Shown: positions 1 to 8,915 of the stretch, piece after piece
Layout: each line of letters begins with the position of its first letter
Numbering within the stretch: position 1 is the first letter of the stretch
Assembly: GCA_964394685.1 (NCBI GenBank)
Contig: CAYMYO010000002.1
Span: forward strand, 34,148-98,147
Source of the DNA: an uncultured Gammaproteobacteria bacterium
GTDB lineage: Bacteria > Patescibacteriota > Microgenomatia > UBA10105 > UBA927
Reading direction: 5' to 3'
Length of the DNA stretch: 64,000 nt
Program-made: the position numbers and the translations under genes
The notes under the pieces: model-generated
Database searches by the model: none
The model's input: the letters and a program-made list of their open reading frames with translations, nothing else
What the model was told of the DNA's origin: nothing

Positions 1-18
1 TCTAGTGCGAAATTCGGA

Positions 19-432
19 ATGAAAAAGGGTTTGATTATTTTCTTATTAACAATGTTGATTACCGATGTATTATTAGGACTTCATCCGGTTATGTGGGCAA
101 CGTATGGAAGTTTTATGATTACAATTCTTATTGGATCGTGGGTGCAAAAAAAATATTCGCTATCACGATTTTTAACAGGAACATTGGTCTCATCCATTAT
201 ATTTTTTATTATCACTAATTTTGCCGTCTGGCTCGTTCCGCTTCATAGCGGGATGTACGCAAAAACTTTGACAGGTCTTATCCATTGTTATATTATGGCC
301 ATCCCATTTTTCAGGAATTCTCTTATTGGAGATTTTTTCTACGGTTTGATTTTTTATTACGGATATGAATTGGTCAAATATTGGAACGTACAACATCACA
401 CAGCATTAGTTACTAACAAAATTCGTACATAG
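19..432 (+). CDS. hypothetical integral membrane protein (about 4 TM helices)
   Basis: 137-aa ORF with hydrophobic segments throughout; no recognisable catalytic motif. Confidence 0.45.
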   Translation: MKKGLIIFLLTMLITDVLLGLHPVMWATYGSFMITILIGSWVQKKYSLSRFLTGTLVSSIIFFIITNFAVWLVPLHSGMYAKTLTGLIHCYIMAIPFFRNSLIGDFFYGLIFYYGYELVKYWNVQHHTALVTNKIRT

Positions 433-445
433 AGGAAGGTTGTGC

Positions 446-465
446 CCTGCCTGCCGGCAGGCAGG
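446..465. repeat. GC-rich perfect palindrome CCTGCCTGCCGGCAGGCAGG (type B, intergenic copy)
   Basis: 20-bp perfect inverted repeat in AT-rich intergenic DNA; related copies at 21124, 40906 and 57811. Confidence 0.6.
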
Positions 466-530
466 AATTCAACCACTGTGCCGCAACGGTTATAGTCCGA
501 TACTCTATATATGTTTGAGTCCCGAGCAGG

Positions 531-2336
531 ATGTGTATGGAGCAAGAACAATTATTAAATTACGATCAAAGGGCTGCACAAATAGGTCTTCAACAGGCCG
601 CTGAGGTAGGTCCTCATGCATACCAAGCTCGGTTAACTGGAATCAATAGAGATAAACAAAGTGCTCAGAATGAATTAGATAATCCAACAGATGCCTACTG
701 GAGTGGTGAATATCACACTGGTGTTGATGGTCATGGTAATGCTGCACTCGTCACGCCTGAACTCGGAATGATACCAGGAAGAGTTCATCGGGAAAATAGT
801 AATGCCATGTCCGATTCAACGGTAAGAAATGTTGCATATACATTTGATAGAATTCAAGAAGGGATACTTCCACATTCTTCATGGAGAGCGGCGATAGAAC
901 AAGTAAGACAATTTCGGGCCGTTCAACAAGAGGCAATGACACTACAAGATAATGAATCACTTCTTGGATTTGTAATGAATGGATTAACAACAGAGGATGG
1001 TATTGCGCTCATGCGCATGACTCGTCATGGAAATACTATTTCTTATGAAACGCGATTAGTTGGTGGAATGTCGGAAGGAGCTGCGAAAGATCTCCTGGAC
1101 CGGTTTTCTTCAAAAGATGCAGAACGAGTTTCATTAAGAGAAGGGAAAAATAGTCCATTATATTCTGTGATCAGAGGGAATATTTCCGTTGATTTAAAAA
1201 ATAAAAAACAGATTGCTGCCATTGTGCAAGACGTGTTGGATACGCGTCATGAAACAAAGTCTCAAACTGTGAGTCTTGGTACGTGCCGCACGGTCGCAGT
1301 AAACGAAGAAAAAGTTTTTAAAAAACCTATTGCGATAAAACCAATTGCTATCAAACAACAAAAGCAAGAATATGCAATAAAACAAAAACATAACAATCCA
1401 TTTGATGATTTGCCACTAGCTCCACCATACATACACACTGAAAAACAACCTAGTCAAAAACAAATATGGGATGTGTCTGTCAGACCATGGATTATTTTTG
1501 ATACACCATCAAAAAAAGAAGTACCTGTATTTTCTGAGCCGTCAGAAAAGAAAAAACAAAAAATAAATAAACCCGTTATTGACCAACGCATCCATGAAGA
1601 AAAAATACCAGAAGAAGTTACACGAGACATAACAATGACAGAACAATCTTTGGTTACTCAACCAACGATTGTATTTCAAAAAGAACCCGATTTTGTTTTG
1701 CGGGAAGAAAAACAACAAACACAAGAAAAACATGTTGTTCAAATACAGAGAGTGTTGCCTATAACAACATTTATAATAATGACCGATGTTCAAACAGTTC
1801 GTACATACGAGGAAAAAGCAATTGTGATATCGCTTGCAGCGATAAAACCAACATATAGAGAACAAACAATTCAGGAAGATATAATGGTGGCAGAACATAT
1901 TCCTATTAATGTTGAGCACCAACAAGCACAACAAGATGTTGTTATGCAGTCTAAAACAGATTCTTCTTTTGAAGTTGACCAACTCATAATTCAAGATATT
2001 AGTACAATGACAGCGACATTAGAAAAACAGCTTGCGCGGGGAGAATTAGCAAACGCAGTCACAAAATTACTATGGATGGAATTAAACGATCAGAATGAAT
2101 TTGTACCAGTCGAAGAAGTTGAAATATCGCAAGACGCAACGCATACACGGCATAATCTTCTTCATTTTTTACGCAAAGTGGTACAAAAGTACGTTGGAGA
2201 TGATGTTATTAGACAAAGGGTTGTACAACGGATTACTTCAGATAAATGGGATAATGAGATTGAGGAAATAGCAGAATATCTTACTATCCTCAAAACCCAA
2301 CGATTGTATAACCATCTATTTGCGGTAGTCAATTAA
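531..2336 (+). CDS. hypothetical large Gln/Lys/Glu-rich soluble protein
   Basis: 601-aa ORF with no TM helices; low-complexity K/Q/E-rich middle region with a short tandem KPIAIKPIAIK; first gene of a co-directional block. Confidence 0.5.
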   Translation: MCMEQEQLLNYDQRAAQIGLQQAAEVGPHAYQARLTGINRDKQSAQNELDNPTDAYWSGEYHTGVDGHGNAALVTPELGMIPGRVHRENSNAMSDSTVRNVAYTFDRIQEGILPHSSWRAAIEQVRQFRAVQQEAMTLQDNESLLGFVMNGLTTEDGIALMRMTRHGNTISYETRLVGGMSEGAAKDLLDRFSSKDAERVSLREGKNSPLYSVIRGNISVDLKNKKQIAAIVQDVLDTRHETKSQTVSLGTCRTVAVNEEKVFKKPIAIKPIAIKQQKQEYAIKQKHNNPFDDLPLAPPYIHTEKQPSQKQIWDVSVRPWIIFDTPSKKEVPVFSEPSEKKKQKINKPVIDQRIHEEKIPEEVTRDITMTEQSLVTQPTIVFQKEPDFVLREEKQQTQEKHVVQIQRVLPITTFIIMTDVQTVRTYEEKAIVISLAAIKPTYREQTIQEDIMVAEHIPINVEHQQAQQDVVMQSKTDSSFEVDQLIIQDISTMTATLEKQLARGELANAVTKLLWMELNDQNEFVPVEEVEISQDATHTRHNLLHFLRKVVQKYVGDDVIRQRVVQRITSDKWDNEIEEIAEYLTILKTQRLYNHLFAVVN

Positions 2337-2355
2337 ACACAGCCGTTTTTGTGAT

Positions 2356-2760
2356 ATGATTAATGCTATGAATAACCTGCCTGATGCGAGTGGGAAATCG
2401 ACTATTCCAACACCGACCGGAGCTATTGGAATCGGAAAAGAAGCAGAAGGTGTTTCAATTTCTGATTCCGAACAGGGGTTACACGCCGCTGGAGCTGAAA
2501 TTGAACTTCCGAAAGAAATATCAGCTATTGGGGTAACACAGCAACCGACTGTTATCTCAATCCCTCCGCCTGTCAGTCAACTGGGGGTGAAACCAACAGG
2601 ATTAAATATTCCTATCCAAACAAGTCCATCTGTCGCAATTCCCTTGTCTGATAGTGAACTAGCCCAAGGGCTTCATATAAGTGTTATTAATTCGTTTCGG
2701 TGGCTCGCAGAATGGTGCAAAAAACAACTGATGATTTTTGGAATAAAGAGTAAAGTATGA
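2356..2760 (+). CDS. hypothetical protein
   Basis: 134-aa ORF whose stop overlaps the start of the next gene (ATGA), suggesting translational coupling. Confidence 0.4.
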   Translation: MINAMNNLPDASGKSTIPTPTGAIGIGKEAEGVSISDSEQGLHAAGAEIELPKEISAIGVTQQPTVISIPPPVSQLGVKPTGLNIPIQTSPSVAIPLSDSELAQGLHISVINSFRWLAEWCKKQLMIFGIKSKV

Positions 2761-5105
2761 CAGACCAATTCGCTGATCTTACATATAAGTTAGAAATGTT
2801 TGGAATAAGTTTGTTGATTGTGCTTATTTGTTTGAGTGTCGGTATTGGACTTTTGTATGTCGCTTTTTTGTTATGGAAGTATCGAAACAGAGAAAAACGT
2901 TCACTTTCCTATGTACTTTTACAAATTGCAGTTCCACGGGAAAATGAAATTAAAATCGATGCAGCTGAGCAGATGTTTGTCAGTCTCTATGGACTCTATA
3001 ACAAAAAATGGTGGGCGTTTTTAAAACCACAAGATCATATTGCATTTGAGATTGTGGCTCGTCGTGAAGATATCCGTTTTTATGTCTCGGTTCCGAGAAA
3101 TCTCATGGATTTAGTGGAAAAACAAATCCATGGAGCGTATCCCGGAGCGGATATTAAAGAAATAGAGGAATATTCCATTTTTACAAAAGAAGGGAAAGTT
3201 GCCTTTGTTCCTCTGGTTCTTAAGTATTCAAATTATTTTCCCATTCGGACATACAAAGATCTTCCGACTGATTCATTATCATCAATTACTTCGGTGTTAG
3301 CTAAAATGCAGGAAGGGGAAGGAGCAGTCATCCAAATTCTTATTCAACCGGCAAATGATAGGTGGCGAACAAATGGTCATTCGTTTATCTCAAAAATTAA
3401 AAAAGATGAAGCAAATCCGGAAAAGGCAAATTTTAAAGTGGATCAAAAAACACTTGAGTCGATTAATCAAAAAGTTCAGAAAACAGGATTTAACACCGTT
3501 GTTCGAATTGTCGTAACATCAACCACGAAAGAGCAAGCAGAGATGCATTTGAAAAATATTCTTGCGTCATTTGATCAGTTTTCTTCGGATAATAATGAAT
3601 TCCGGGAAATCCGCTTCTTCTTAAAATATGTGTTTATGATCGATTTTATTTATCGGTATTTTCCCGTTATTAATCTTCCTTTTTATAAACAATCGAGCGT
3701 ACTAAACAGTGACGAACTTGCAACACTCTTTCATTTGCCAAATAAAACAGTTGAAACACCGCATATCTTTTGGCTCAATGCCAAGCGCGCTCCCGCCCCC
3801 ATGCTCATACCGGAATCAGGACTTTTCCTAGGTCTTTCAAAATATCGAGGAGTAGAGCGGCCGATATACATTGGCGATGATGATAGAAGAAGACACATGT
3901 ATGTGATCGGAAAAACCGGTACAGGAAAGTCACAATTATTAGAAGAACTTGTGATGCAGGATATAAACGCAGGACGTGGGGTAGCTGTTATTGATCCTCA
4001 CGGAGATTTGATCACCGGGATTATGTCTCGGATGCCTGTCGCTCGCGCTGAGGATGTGATCTATTTTGACCCATCAGATACGGAACGTCCCATGGGGATA
4101 AATATGCTTGAGGCGCACACAGAAGAACAGAAGCATTTTGTAGTGACCTCCATTGTCGGACTTATGTATAAACTCTATGATCCGATGAAAACCGGTATTA
4201 TTGGTCCTAGGTTTGAACACGCGATTCGAAACGCCATGCTAACTGTTATGTGTGAACCGGGAAATACGTTTGTGGAAGTGGTAAGAATTCTTACTGACGC
4301 TGCGTTTGTTCAGGAGCTCTTACCTAAAGTATCTGACCCAATCATACGAAGGTATTGGACGGATCAAATAGCTCAAACAGCAGATTTTCATAAGTCAGAG
4401 GTGTTGGATTACATCGTTTCAAAATTTGGCCGATTTGTCACGAATAAACTCATGCGTAATATTATTGGACAATCAAAATCTTCGTTTGATTTTCGTCATG
4501 TGATGGATGAAGGAAAAATACTCCTTGTGAATCTTGCAAAAGGAAAATTAGGCGAGGAAAACAGCAATTTCTTGGGCCTTATTCTTGTTCCCAGAATTCT
4601 CATTGCTGCCATGAGTAGGCAGGAGATGCCGGAAGCAGAGCGCCGTGATTTTTATTTGTACGTTGACGAATTTCAGAATTTTGCTACTCCTGATTTTGCG
4701 CAAATATTGTCAGAAGCCCGGAAATACAGACTCAATTTGACTGTCGCAAACCAATTCATCGGACAAATGGAAGAGGAAGTGAAAAATGCGGTTTTTGGAA
4801 ACGTTGGATCTTTAATCGCGTTTCGTGTTGGAGTGACTGATGCAAATTATCTTCAGCACGAATTCCAACCGACATTTTCAGAAACTGATCTTATCAATAT
4901 CGATAAATTTAATGCATATATCAAAACAATTGTGCATAATGAACCGGTTAAACCATTTTCCATTGATTTAACAAAAGATATGAAAAAGATCATTGCGCTT
5001 CAAAATCCAAAGATAGCTGAAGCAATCATCCAACTATCAAGACTCAAATATGGCAGGTCGAAAGAATTAGTAGAGGCGGAAGTATCCCAGCGCGCACGTT
5101 TATAA
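2757..5105 (+). CDS. membrane-anchored FtsK/HerA/TraG-superfamily P-loop ATPase (TraG/VirD4 type IV coupling protein-like)
   Basis: N-terminal TM segment; Walker A VIGKTGTGKSQ followed by VIDPHGDL (DPxGE-like); Walker B LYVDEFQNF; SEARKYRLNLTVANQ arginine-finger region typical of TraG/VirD4/HerA. Confidence 0.5.
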   Translation: MTDQFADLTYKLEMFGISLLIVLICLSVGIGLLYVAFLLWKYRNREKRSLSYVLLQIAVPRENEIKIDAAEQMFVSLYGLYNKKWWAFLKPQDHIAFEIVARREDIRFYVSVPRNLMDLVEKQIHGAYPGADIKEIEEYSIFTKEGKVAFVPLVLKYSNYFPIRTYKDLPTDSLSSITSVLAKMQEGEGAVIQILIQPANDRWRTNGHSFISKIKKDEANPEKANFKVDQKTLESINQKVQKTGFNTVVRIVVTSTTKEQAEMHLKNILASFDQFSSDNNEFREIRFFLKYVFMIDFIYRYFPVINLPFYKQSSVLNSDELATLFHLPNKTVETPHIFWLNAKRAPAPMLIPESGLFLGLSKYRGVERPIYIGDDDRRRHMYVIGKTGTGKSQLLEELVMQDINAGRGVAVIDPHGDLITGIMSRMPVARAEDVIYFDPSDTERPMGINMLEAHTEEQKHFVVTSIVGLMYKLYDPMKTGIIGPRFEHAIRNAMLTVMCEPGNTFVEVVRILTDAAFVQELLPKVSDPIIRRYWTDQIAQTADFHKSEVLDYIVSKFGRFVTNKLMRNIIGQSKSSFDFRHVMDEGKILLVNLAKGKLGEENSNFLGLILVPRILIAAMSRQEMPEAERRDFYLYVDEFQNFATPDFAQILSEARKYRLNLTVANQFIGQMEEEVKNAVFGNVGSLIAFRVGVTDANYLQHEFQPTFSETDLINIDKFNAYIKTIVHNEPVKPFSIDLTKDMKKIIALQNPKIAEAIIQLSRLKYGRSKELVEAEVSQRARL

Positions 5106-5112
5106 AAAATTT

Positions 5113-6519
5113 ATGGACCAAACAGAAGATCCTCTCAGTATAGTCCCCGTTAAAAAACACGAGAAAGTGGTATATATTTTTAATCTCTCTGAAGATGTCT
5201 GGCCGTTTATTTGTGCCATGTCCGATACGCATGAGCGTCAATTTGAGATTGATTGGAATGCCAATCTTGCGGAACGTGATCTTATCTCAATGTCCGAAGA
5301 GAATGAAGCGATATTTATCACTCCTCGTCCAATTACAGACGGTTTCATGTTGTATTACCAAAAAGTATTCGGTACGAAACATATGACCGTCCTTGTCCCA
5401 AATACGCATACCGGAGAAATTTGTGAAGATATCATTCGAGATCCAGAGATCATAGAACAATTAGTCAACGCTTCCAATTTTGTAAAGAAACTTACTCTAA
5501 TAAGCTACACAACCAGTCCGCAGTTGTTACATCTGGTAAACGTTCTATCAGTTCGCGGGATTACTGTGTATACACCAGAGTCTCCGGAAGTAACCAGCGC
5601 TTGGACAGTAAACTTTTTTGGGAGTAAATCCGGCATCAGGCAGCTTGCCCAAAAAAGTGGAACGCTTGAGCCGGATTTTAAAGTAGCTGATGGGCTCATC
5701 TGCGCATCAATATACGATGCCGCAATGATAGCGGCAAATAAATACATCAAAGAGGATGGGGTAGTGATAAAAACCAACAAAGGACATTCAGGGGCTGGAG
5801 TACTCATTTTCCGTCCGGGAGATCTTCCAAAAGAATATAAAGCGTGTGAACTGGCAATCCATAACAAATTGCAAAAAGACAGCTATTGGGAGAAATTTCC
5901 AATTGTTATTGAAGATTTACTCAATGTCAATTCTGCAATTGGTGGGGGATTTCCAAATGTTGAGTTTAAAATAACAAAAAGCGGAAAAATCGAGTTTCTT
6001 TATTACTGTGCTATGCGGGTGGATAAAAACGGTGTTTATAAAGGACAAGAAATGCATGAATCAGTTCTTCCAGAACGTATTGCCGCACGCGTTATCGATA
6101 CAGGATTTTTTATCGGCGAACAATATGCGGCATCTGGATATCGGGGGTATTTTGATGTTGACTATGTTGCAGCCAAAAATGGGGAAATTTATGTGACAGA
6201 ATCTAATGCCAGGCGAACCGGTGGAACCCATATGTATAAAGCGGCACAAGAATTAATTGGCAAAGACTTTATGACCGATTCCTATACCCTTTCCAATAAT
6301 GATTATGAGTTGCCTCATGGAATAAAACCTTCATTTGAAAAAGTTATTGAAATACTTGCTCCGGTACTCTTTAACAGTAAAACAAAAGAAGGGGTCGTAC
6401 TTGCCTCATCAAATCTGTTAAAACAGAGCAAATTTGCCTATATCATCTTCGGAAAAAGCGAAAAACGCTCCCTTGAAATTGAAGCCTCCATGGAACAGCT
6501 TCTCACCAAGCTTCAGTAA
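5113..6519 (+). CDS. ATP-grasp domain enzyme (carboxylate-amine ligase-like)
   Basis: KTNKGHSGAGVLIF glycine-rich ATP-binding loop and YVTESNARRTGG C-terminal ATP-grasp motif. Confidence 0.5.
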   Translation: MDQTEDPLSIVPVKKHEKVVYIFNLSEDVWPFICAMSDTHERQFEIDWNANLAERDLISMSEENEAIFITPRPITDGFMLYYQKVFGTKHMTVLVPNTHTGEICEDIIRDPEIIEQLVNASNFVKKLTLISYTTSPQLLHLVNVLSVRGITVYTPESPEVTSAWTVNFFGSKSGIRQLAQKSGTLEPDFKVADGLICASIYDAAMIAANKYIKEDGVVIKTNKGHSGAGVLIFRPGDLPKEYKACELAIHNKLQKDSYWEKFPIVIEDLLNVNSAIGGGFPNVEFKITKSGKIEFLYYCAMRVDKNGVYKGQEMHESVLPERIAARVIDTGFFIGEQYAASGYRGYFDVDYVAAKNGEIYVTESNARRTGGTHMYKAAQELIGKDFMTDSYTLSNNDYELPHGIKPSFEKVIEILAPVLFNSKTKEGVVLASSNLLKQSKFAYIIFGKSEKRSLEIEASMEQLLTKLQ

Positions 6520-6551
6520 ATCACCCCATTTTTTGTTATAATTGCCGTATT

Positions 6552-6623
6552 GCGCCTGTAGCTCACCGGTAGAGCACCACTCTTATAAAGTGGGGGTACC
6601 TGGCTCGACACCAGGCAGGCGCA
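6552..6623 (+). tRNA. tRNA-Ile with anticodon UAU (reads AUA); no encoded CCA
   Basis: Hand-folded cloverleaf: acceptor GCGCCTG/CAGGCGC (7 bp), D arm GCTC-ACCGGTA-GAGC, anticodon stem CCACT/AGTGG with loop CTTATAA (U33, anticodon TAT at 6584-6586, A37), 5-nt variable loop, T arm CCTGG-CTCGACA-CCAGG, discriminator A. Confidence 0.65.
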
Positions 6624-6673
6624 CAAAAATAAAATAGATTAGATTACCGTATCTAACAAAGTAAAATAATACT

Positions 6674-7546
6674 ATGAGTGAATATAAAGAAACATTATTT
6701 GGTGCTTCTGCACGAGTTTCATTTGATTTAAGAAATAACATTGCATATTGGCAACCACGTGATGCATTTTCATCAGCAGATTTAGCAAGAAAAGTAAGAT
6801 TGACAAAGCAATTTAACCAAATAATAACACAAGCTCAGGTACATCATATATATCCATTACATATTATGGAAGCCACTTCAAGCAAAGTAATTACGGGGCT
6901 TGTAAGAGGTGTCGATGTAGGTTTTTCTCGAAGATATGAGGAAATTGCTGATTTTTTATTAGTTAGGTCACCTGAAGCGCGACTGAATTCGCTCATAGCG
7001 TATTTGCGAGCAATAGATGCTTTAAATCAGCGAGGTTTAATATTTAAGGATCATAAACCTGATTCAATTATTTACCCATACCAAACTCCTGATGGTCCTG
7101 ACGGAGGAATTAGTGTTATTGATGTTGATGGTATGATAGTATGTAGTTCTCCAGTATTAGCTTGGAAAATAGACCGAACAATTCTAACTCCTCAACCAAC
7201 TAACACATTTGATTTGGAAATGTTTTTTACGAAGGGACTAACCGTAGAAACTATTGAACGAAATTTTGGATCTTTATCTGAAGGTGTTGGAAAGTTACCT
7301 TTTGACAAGCTCATTCCCGTAGGAGTGGCGTTAACTCTACAGCGCGATTTTCCTTATAGTAATAGTGCTGCAGAAGTAGCTGAAAAATTAGAAGGGTATC
7401 GAGATGGCAGCTATCAACCCCCATTTCATTCGGATGACCCTTTGCACAATATGTCAACAGCAGATGCTTACAGAGTGGATATGCGTGAATCCTTTGAAGC
7501 TGGAATTGATGTCGCAAAAGGTCTGTTAGATATTTATCAGAAATGA
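6674..7546 (+). CDS. hypothetical protein, possibly atypical protein-kinase-like fold
   Basis: 290-aa ORF; LIFKDHKPDSIIY resembles a kinase catalytic loop (HxDxKPxN-like) and VIDVDG a DFG-like motif; weak. Confidence 0.4.
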   Translation: MSEYKETLFGASARVSFDLRNNIAYWQPRDAFSSADLARKVRLTKQFNQIITQAQVHHIYPLHIMEATSSKVITGLVRGVDVGFSRRYEEIADFLLVRSPEARLNSLIAYLRAIDALNQRGLIFKDHKPDSIIYPYQTPDGPDGGISVIDVDGMIVCSSPVLAWKIDRTILTPQPTNTFDLEMFFTKGLTVETIERNFGSLSEGVGKLPFDKLIPVGVALTLQRDFPYSNSAAEVAEKLEGYRDGSYQPPFHSDDPLHNMSTADAYRVDMRESFEAGIDVAKGLLDIYQK

Positions 7547-7562
7547 GTGAGCAGATAAATTT

Positions 7563-7596
7563 GAGGTGCTTGGCTCGACGCCATGCAGGCACACAA
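7563..7596 (+). repeat. degenerate direct repeat of the 3' half of the tRNA at 6552-6623 (att-like)
   Basis: TGGCTCGACgCCAtGCAGGCaCACAA matches tRNA 6601-6627 (TGGCTCGACaCCAgGCAGGCgCACAA) at 24 of 27 positions. Confidence 0.55.
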
Positions 7597-7613
7597 CATT
7601 GAAAAAAGGGAAA

Positions 7614-7976
7614 TTAGGCTTTCTGAAGGATTATCTTCTGAAGAGGGAAATTAATTATCAATTCATACTTTGCCAGTAAAGCCGTTCCTGCCAGCGCTTC
7701 TGTCCCAGCTGTAAGCGTTGCGGGAACTGTTTCTTGTTCTCCATCAAGCTCAACTTTTACGGAGAATACCAATTCTTGACTTATTCTCCCATCGGCATAC
7801 TCTACTGGGATAATGGCGGTAAGCTCAATGCCCAAGGTAACTGCAATGTTAATTGGTAAAGAAAGATATCCGTCGAAACCCGTGTCTAAGATTGCCTCTA
7901 GTAAATTGTTTTGCTTTGCCCCGCCCACTGCCAGCTTTATTTTGGGATGATTTCGGTCATCGAAGAATGTTTCCAT
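7614..7976 (-). CDS. retropepsin-like (clan AA) aspartic protease
   Basis: ILDTGFDGYLSLP carries the DTG active-site motif in a retropepsin-like context; 120 aa. Confidence 0.6.
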   Translation of the reverse strand: METFFDDRNHPKIKLAVGGAKQNNLLEAILDTGFDGYLSLPINIAVTLGIELTAIIPVEYADGRISQELVFSVKVELDGEQETVPATLTAGTEALAGTALLAKYELIINFPLQKIILQKA

Positions 7977-8253
7977 AAGATAAAGGCTGATGATATCCGG
8001 AGAAAGTTACTGCCGAGGGGAAACCAACTTTCATTAAATAAAAGATTTTGGCCGGAAAACGTTTTTTGGCTTTTTCAATGGCTTCGACTTGGGTTTGTCC
8101 AAAAAAATACTTTCCTGACTCTACTTCGATAGCAATAAAACTGCCCAGATATTTTTTTTCCATCTTTTTGCTTATTTTTTGGTAAACTTTCTCGCCCCTG
8201 TGGGCAATTTCTGCTGGGTACACTGTTGGGAGAGAGGTTAAGGGTTTATTCAT
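7957..8253 (-). CDS. hypothetical small protein co-transcribed with the retropepsin-like protease
   Basis: 98-aa ORF overlapping the downstream protease gene by 20 nt on the same strand. Confidence 0.45.
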   Translation of the reverse strand: MNKPLTSLPTVYPAEIAHRGEKVYQKISKKMEKKYLGSFIAIEVESGKYFFGQTQVEAIEKAKKRFPAKIFYLMKVGFPSAVTFSGYHQPLSYGNILR

Positions 8254-8334
8254 GATGCCAGTTTATCATTGATAGTCAGACAATTCAATTACGTGTATCA
8301 TATATATACTCTTACTTACTGATAAACAGGCATT

Positions 8335-8889
8335 ATGGAACAGGTCATACTCGTTGATGAGGAAAATAATCAAATCGGTATTGCTGATAAAGAAACCGTG
8401 CACACAAAAAATACTCCGCTTCATCGTGCGTTCTCGTTGTTTCTTTTTAATTCCAAAAAACAACTTCTTGTAACACAACGCGCATTAAATAAGAAAACAT
8501 TTCCGGGAGTGTGGACTAATAGCGTGTGCGGACATGTGTCTCTGGGCGAAGCCGCGTTTGACGCGGTGAAACGAAGATTAAGTGATGAGTTACATGTTGT
8601 TGCTACGGATATAAAAGAAGTTTCTCCGTATCGCTACCGGTTTGCAGATGTAAACGGTGTTGTTGAAAATGAAATCTGTCCTATTTTTATCGGATTTACT
8701 AACGAAGATCCAAAACCAAGTAAGAGTGAAGTAGAAGCATGGAAATGGGTTGGTTGGAGCGAATTTTTGAAAACAGTTAAAGAACATCCCGGAACCTATT
8801 CACCGTGGAGCGAAGAAGAAGCGGTTATACTGAACAATTGTCATCCTGAACTCGTTTCAGGATCCCAGCCGCTTTCAGATGGATGCTGA
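8335..8889 (+). CDS. idi: isopentenyl-diphosphate delta-isomerase, type 1 (Nudix)
   Basis: HRAFSLFLFN...LLVTQRALNKKTFPGVWTNSVCGH matches the IDI-1 signature; the last ~18 aa (NNCHPELVSGSQPLSDGC) and the stop are encoded by the repeat element at 8838-8908. Confidence 0.75.
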   Translation: MEQVILVDEENNQIGIADKETVHTKNTPLHRAFSLFLFNSKKQLLVTQRALNKKTFPGVWTNSVCGHVSLGEAAFDAVKRRLSDELHVVATDIKEVSPYRYRFADVNGVVENEICPIFIGFTNEDPKPSKSEVEAWKWVGWSEFLKTVKEHPGTYSPWSEEEAVILNNCHPELVSGSQPLSDGC

Positions 8890-8908
8890 AATAAATTCAG
8901 CATGACAA
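8838..8908. mobile_element. 70-bp twin-hairpin TIR element (family 1), copy 1, between convergent idi and tsaD
   Basis: TTGTCAT-[ATCCTGAA-ctcgt-TTCAGGAT]-cccagccgctttcagatgg-[ATGCTGAA-ataaa-TTCAGCAT]-GACAA; terminal inverted repeats TTGTCAT/ATGACAA. Confidence 0.6.
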
Positions 8909-8915
8909 ACGGCTT

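Noticed and set aside
1542-1994. 150-aa minus-strand ORF inside the 601-aa gene, and other small ORFs (190-399, 751-990, 5044-5241, etc.)
   Set aside because: Fully embedded in longer, better-supported ORFs on the opposite strand. Composition-driven (AT-rich) spurious frames.
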